The notes under the pieces are model-generated. The model was not told the DNA's origin. It saw only the letters and a list, made by a program, of their open reading frames with translations, and searched no databases. Shown here piece after piece: positions 57,696-64,000 of a DNA stretch of 64,000 nucleotides (within the stretch, counting starts at the first letter, position 1; each line of letters opens with the position of its first letter). Origin of the DNA: Octopus sinensis (taxonomy: Eukaryota); contig NC_043006.1 of assembly GCF_006345805.1 (NCBI RefSeq), positions 99,014,001 through 99,078,000 on the forward strand, written 5' to 3'. The position numbers were made by a program, and so were the translations under genes.

Positions 57696-58079
57696 GTATA
57701 GCTTATGAGAGGTAATGGTATCAAGAAAACCCAAAGGTGTCAGGTAATGATGAGTAAGTACGAATGAGGAGACACTCCAAAAGAAGCCTCGATTCAATAA
57801 CACCGCTTAAAAACTTTATGCTTGGAATGACCAATTTTATATACTATTGGAACTGCAGGTACAATATCCCTGCATATCCCACGTCTATGTTCATGCCCCC
57901 ATTTCACTTTTTATTTCATATGTTATCTAGAATATATATTGCTTAACCATTTACTCACACGATTCCGATGAAGGGATTTATATCAAATATCCCGAAAGCA
58001 GGTGCAAGACCTTGTAATTAGGGGCCTGCTGACGTATGCAGATTTGACCGGTTGGAAGAATATAAGGTTACCTGGTAAA

Positions 58080-60150
58080 AGCAGTGTCACATGATTCATA
58101 TTGTATTAACTCGGAAAGCTAACATTCAAGATTTGTGCAGTCTCACAGTATTGCGAGATGCTGATTTTGATACTGATCATAAAATTATTTGGGCCAATTT
58201 CAAGTTCAGAGTCCTTAAGAGGAGTCTTAATACAGGCGTATGAGTACCAACGAAAATCGATGTAGAGTGGCTAAAACAACCACAACTTTTGCAGTTTTTT
58301 CAAAAGAGATGCAACAATGTTCATTTTGAAGGTACTTGGCCATCTTTCCGTAATGGAATATATAAAATGGGATCAGAGGTGTTAGGTTTTAAGAGAAGAC
58401 AACACCGTGAGGAGTTTGATTCCAATGATACAGTGATAAATTAATTTTTGCAACACAGGTTCACTCATGGAAAGCTTTTTGACCCAAACGTTAAGATGAA
58501 AGTGCAACTAGAAAAGTTGTACAAGTCTCAGAAAGTGGACTTGCAAAAATATATCAGAAGGCTTAAAGACACTTCGTGGAGAAATTTGTCTGAGAAAGTA
58601 CAGGCGGCTTTTGACAAGAAATGCATTAAAATGTTCTATAGTTTATTGCGGCAAGCTTTTGAACCGCAATCTTCACCATCATATGTCCCTTGAAGTCGGA
58701 AGAGGGAAATGAGCTTATTAAAGATCCTTCTTGAATAATGAATAAATGGAGAGAACACTTTCCAGCTCTTTTCCACATTCCGTCTGTAATGAACATGGAT
58801 ATCTTAAACAACATTCGGCAAAGTGAGATAGTACAACACCTGGATGAAGAACTAAATCTGACATTATGTAAACTGAGATTAGCTAAAGCTCCTGGATTGG
58901 ATGGTATTCCAGTTGAAATTCTGAAAGGAGGTGGGGATCATATTTCATCTGAAATCCATAAACTGATAACTCGAGTTTGGAATGAATAAATGTAATTCTC
59001 ATCTCTCTATATACGGGTAAGGGCCCGAAAGCAGTTTGTGCTAATTCTAGAAGGATAATTCTTCTAGCACATACCGGGAAGATACTTTCATAGATTACGT
59101 TAGATCGTCTTGTTGAGAATGTGTGTCCACATGTGATTCCTGATGAACAGTATGGTTCCAAACCTGAATGAGCAAAAATGGAATAATATTTTCTGTGAAG
59201 CAGCTTCAAGAGAAATGCTAAGAGGAGCAAATGCCACCATACCAGGTCTTCATAGATTTAACTAAGGCATTTGACTGGTAAACACGGAGGCACTGTTGGT
59301 TTTTTTGTGTATCGTTCATTGTCCAACACATTCTGTGAGCATTTTAAAGAAACTACACAGAAAAATAAACGCTCCGTTACTCTTTAATTGCGAGCTATCT
59401 CATGAATTTTCGATGGACAACGGTGTCAAACAGGGATATATTCCTGCCCCTACACTTTTCTCAAGTCACTTTGCTGCATTAATCTGGTATGCTTTCACGG
59501 ATTGCAATGGGCTAATTCGGACATCAAGTTGTATCTTTAATTTGATCCGGTTTAACTGCAAAGCAAGTACATTCAAAATATTTGTTAGAGAATCACTTTA
59601 TACTGATGATGCTGATTTGTTGGCACACCCAGAGAGGGATTTGCAACATTTAATGGATAGATTTTCCACTGTACGTGTACATTTCGGAATCAAAATTAGT
59701 TTGAGGAACACCAAAGTAATGTGCACTCCCGTGCCAGGACAAATTTATTCGGAACGAAATATTTTTATGAATGGAACAAGGTTAGAAGTGATTGACACCT
59801 CTGTTTACCTAGGTAGCACACTGACAAGAGATGGTGGTCTTGATGCAGAGATAAACTATCGAATAGGGAAGGGATGTGTTGCATTTAGGTAGCAAACAAA
59901 AATCAGTGTCTATAAAGTCTGTGTATTGTCTGCATTTCCTTGTTCAAGTGAGATTGGATGTCACAAAAAAAATGCCGGAGAGAATTCATCAAAAGTGCCT
60001 CAGCCGTATCTTAGGAATCAAGAAGTTTGGCGCTTGGCACGTTGCAGCTAAATTGAACATGTCATCTTGGACCAAATGAGATGTACTTCACATTTTATTA
60101 GAATGGAAGTCGAGTGTTTGCCAAAGCATCTGTTTTATGGTGAGCTCAAC
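58080..60150 (+). pseudogene. Decayed RTE-clade LINE (end of APE domain + RT)
   Basis: ..DADFDTDH (APE C-terminus); KWREHF..KAPGLDGIPVEILKGGG; ..DLTKAFD; GVKQGYIPAPTLF; RESLYTDDADLLAH..DLQHLMDRFS..FGIKISLRNTKVM; YLGSTL..DAEINYRI. Many stops and frameshifts. Confidence 0.92.
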
Positions 60151-60984
60151 TAGTTCACGAAAACATAACTTCAGAATCAGATCCCAAAGGGCAAATATAT
60201 AGAAGAAACTTGATTAATATCTGTCACTTGTGTTTTAAACTCTGTCAGACAGCAGCTGGTCTTAAAATACATTTAAATGCTCATTAGCGGAGTGACTGTA
60301 CTGTGTGATGGGGTGTGGTGTGTGTGTTGATGGAATCGCTATCATCTCTCATGATGAAGCGTCTTTGTTTTAGAAATAATACAACTTACTTTTTTTTCTT
60401 TATATCGATTTAATCAGGTCATACAGGAACGCTATCATTTTTTAAAAATATTTTACCAATCGAATTTTTTCTGACTTTACGAGACCCACACCAATATTTT
60501 TAGGGGTGTACAAATTTGAGTATGTATGCACAATTTTGATTATTTATGGATATACTGCATACTTGTTCCCACATCTAGATTTAAAATGTACATATAAATA
60601 TGAACATATGTATTTGAACAGGGGATACGTTTGTGTACGTATTGTAGGTATAAATGTTAATTATTATGTACGCTAAGTTATGTCATATTGATGACGGTAA
60701 AGGAACTCGTAACCCTCAACTAGAAATCAATTGATCTGTGGCTAAACATTTAAAAATAATTTCATACATGGATTTGGTTTGCAAGATTCTTTATATGAGT
60801 TCGTGTGTTGAAGCATATTCTGTTGTGTCTGGGGAGAGTCATTCTCTTTTAGTGCCTTATTATGTGACACATTCACCGGTAAAATTTCCACTTTTTTCTT
60901 ATTTTCATTTTCTAAAATTTTCGTTGCGTCTTGCAACCTTTTCAATAGTCTTGACTCTGTCCGTTATTTACACTGCGTTCCCTT

Positions 60985-61400
60985 TTATTTGTGCGCATGT
61001 GTGTGTGTGTGTGTGTGTGTGCCTATACATGCATGCATGTACGTATGTATGTGTGTGTGTGTGTTTGCATGTGTATGTATGTATATATGTGTGTGTATGC
61101 ATATGTATGTATGTATGTATGTGTGTGCATCTGTATGTATCCTGCATATTTATGTGCTTGCCTGTCCGTGTTTGTGTATTTTCTATGTATGTGTGTGTGA
61201 GCATGTGTTTGTATGTGTATGCACCTCTGTCTCCTTGTGTGTGCATATCTGTGTGTGTGTGTTATGTAACTATTTACCATGTTTGTATGTATGGATGTGC
61301 ATCTTTATATGTATGGATCCGTGTTTCCATATGTGTCTCTTCTTGTAACCATATGTACCTATCCGTCTGTATGTTGATCTGTTTATTTACATATCTAAAT
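60985..61400. repeat. Degenerate (TG)n/(TGTA)n tract
   Basis: Direct reading. Confidence 0.9.
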
Positions 61401-61623
61401 GCTTACATACAGAAAAAAAAATAATAAAAAATAAAAAAAATATTAAAAAGTAAAAAATTTTAAAAATAAAAAAAATATATATAAATATAACAAAAACAAA
61501 AAAAACAAAAGAATAATGATTAAAAAAGGCATACACATACACTCACACCCACATACATACATTTATCGACCTAACAGTCCTCTAACTATTCTACTCTACC
61601 TGTGTAAACTGTGGGTATGGTAT

Positions 61624-62155
61624 TTATTGTGTATATTTCCTATTTAATATTGGGGAGGTTTCATTTATAAGGACGTACTCCCGTATTTGTCTGAGTGTTG
61701 GGTCTTTTGAGTGCTTGGATAAGATGCGGATGTCAAGTTGACCCAAGGTACCTCCATGGTGCTCTTTGACGTGTTGGTAGTGTATGGAGGACTGTTTTCT
61801 CTCGTCATATTGTCTTAGATGTTCATTTATTCATTCCACAATGCTCCTAGACGTCTCCCCTATGTACATCATGTTCATGTCCTTACAAGCACCTTCTATG
61901 CATCTTATGCTGTAAACTACATTTCGAGTTCTACAGCTAATATCAGGGCTAATTCTACATACAATGCAGTTATCATTGGTGCATATGGTATTCTTAAACG
62001 GGTACATCCTACATAGTTGTGATCTGATGGAATTCCTTGGCTTTTCAACAATTTCAATGTTGAGTTTGGTCTCCATCGCTTTCAGCCCATGTGTCTGTGA
62101 TAAATGAGGTAGCTTCAGAGTCATTTGACTTCTTCTTCTAGCATCTGGCATTATT
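61624..62155 (-). pseudogene. Penelope-like GIY-YIG endonuclease domain remnant
   Basis: CTNDNCIVC..SCRTRNVVYSIRC..C..MYIGETSRSIVE*INEHLRQ..IHYQHVKEHH..DPTLRQIREYVLINETSPILNRK*. One internal stop, probably CGA>TGA. Confidence 0.9.
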
Positions 62156-62553
62156 ATGTAGTTTGCCCTTTTAAGTTTTTATTAAAAAAATACATACTCA
62201 GTATTTATTAATTCCTAGAAGATTTTATATGCTAGCTACCTTCTTCAATCGTGTATAGATTTTCTCGTTGATTATAATAACAATAATTATATATATTATA
62301 ATAAAGGGTAAAAATCATTATTGATTTTGTCAGGGGGTGAGCGCGGAAAATAAAGACCTTATAGGCAAATTTTACAAATATTTTGATAATTATATACATA
62401 GCTATAACAAGGGATTGGCTATAAGCCTCTCCACGTGTTAGAAAAATAGACGCCGAAAGAGGCTATTACCATCTTATTATAATTATGTATGAACCTAAAA
62501 GTAGAACATAATAATATATATTGTGCTTATTAAATCCCCCACACTCACAAACG

Positions 62554-62630
<77 letters not shown>

Positions 62631-62966
62631 TATATATTATATATATATATATACACATTAGCGATTCCCTGAATCATACATAATTTTCTATGACGAATAC
62701 ATATATACCGATTGTGACTGTCGCCTGGAATCAGCCGAGCCAAACCGTCCCTGCTAATGAGGATCTGGTAAAAGCCGAATGTGGCCAATCAGTGTAGGGG
62801 ATTCTAGACTGGTGCTTTCGGGCGATTACGGTCCCAGTCTGCATATATGTATTCAGTTATGTATACAGTTATGTGCAGTTTCGCATATTTACTGAGCATT
62901 ATAGTTTTCGTTTTTGCTAACATATTACACACTGCTGTCTATATTAATTACTTATGTATATATATA

Positions 62967-63359
62967 CTAGCAGTATCGCCCGGTGTTGCTCGGGTTTGTA
63001 AGGGGAATAACTAACTAAGCATTTTTAGAGATGTAAAGTATAATAGCCATCTCAATATGGCTAACCACAAAGGGGGGGGGGTACTGTAGCTTTTTACGTT
63101 CTGAGATTTAATAATAAATTTTTAGAAAGTTACTTCCCTTATATATGCCAAAAATACATTAAAAATGGAAAAAATTGGTAATTTCTTTTTTACAATCGTA
63201 GACTCATCGTAGACGCGCGCTAATACCCAGAAGGGTTCGATATGAATCACGACTATAAGATACTCGGTTTTGGTTAAACAGCACCGCAAAATGTGGGAGT
63301 AGTTAGGAATCTAAATCGTAGGAGACAGACACCACACAACCTCACTTTTATATATAAAG

Positions 63360-63360
<1 letters not shown>
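62967..63360 (-). mobile_element. Complete 394-bp non-autonomous Helitron
   Basis: Minus strand A|TCTTTATATATAAAAG...cccgagcaacaccggg (hairpin)-cgatactg-CTAG|T: canonical TC/CTAG ends, subterminal hairpin and A^T target. Confidence 0.85.
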
Positions 63361-63407
<47 letters not shown>

Positions 63408-64000
63408 ATATGTGTATGCGTGTGTGTGTGCGTGTGCGTAGATATGTAGATAGATAGATAGTTTTAAGATAAACTGCATAAACAATTTTAGAAAATAAAC
63501 AATTATTTCGTCGTACTCACGGAATTACTGGTGCATTACAAGTATTTTGCCATTTTAGTAGTCACTGAATTTCCAGAAAGATTTTAAACTCTGGCAAATA
63601 CACTCACTCACTAATCTTGTTCTGTATATAGATATTTTCTGCTTACAAATTATTTACAATACTATATACTATTAACAGCGCTGCTATAAAAATACAGATA
63701 ATAATCCACGAGCCATGTTAGCAATATAATGAAACATCCGCATTGTAAATCTTATAGCCGAAAATCGCATCATAGAGATAGTGCCAAACAATATGAGACG
63801 TGATGGACAATTATTTCTATATCAGCAACAGCAAATATACATTGTATGTGAAGTCAGCAATACTCACATACCATAGTTCTCCGAGCTGTTAAACTCAACA
63901 GAATGAAACAGTCTTTCGCTCCATTCAGTCCATCTTGCTTCTGAAAATAGGTAAACATGCAGAGAAGATCGATTTTAAGCTATCTAAATTTTAGGTCGAT

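Noticed and set aside
57965-58005. Second CCGAUGA...gggat/atccc...GAAA hammerhead-like motif
   Set aside because: Stem II is present, but there is no A15.1-U16.1 pair or NUH triplet and no stem I partner; at best a dead relic.
62745-62810. ctaatga..gcc gaat gtggccaatc hammerhead-like motif near the GIY-YIG remnant
   Set aside because: Both core halves are mutated (CUAAUGA, GAAU) and stems I and II do not pair convincingly.

Overview
AT-rich, repeat-saturated eukaryotic DNA. No recognisable host protein-coding gene, tRNA, rRNA or CRISPR array. The microsatellite load and SINE families suggest an octopus/coleoid cephalopod genome (inference, not verified). Contents: a nearly intact R4/Dong-clade non-LTR retrotransposon (RT + CCHC + restriction-like endonuclease, about 49.8-53.9 kb) plus three truncated R4-type copies abutting (TAA)n arrays; a decayed RTE LINE; two Penelope-like element (PLE) remnants; one full-length and two partial mariners; a piggyBac pseudogene; a Helitron Rep N-terminal fragment; two small non-autonomous Helitrons; many tRNA-derived SINEs. 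The most notable signal is five type-I hammerhead-ribozyme folds in three unrelated repeat families. Two sit in a 180-bp tandem (534-583, 714-763, variant CCGAUGA core), one at the start of a PLE (31538-31583), and two in a ~480-bp tandem (44784-44844, 45246-45306). The tandem pairs have the architecture of retrozyme/circRNA-producing units. A SINE-like element at 3.3-3.6 kb carries the PLE terminal sequence with the ribozyme core cleanly missing. Several fold-back structures also occur: a perfect 168-bp palindrome, a 107-bp inverted repeat in an A-B-A'-C-B layout, and two LINEs joined tail-to-tail through a palindromic (AAT)n/(ATT)n array. All folds and alignments were done by eye; none was computed or tested.
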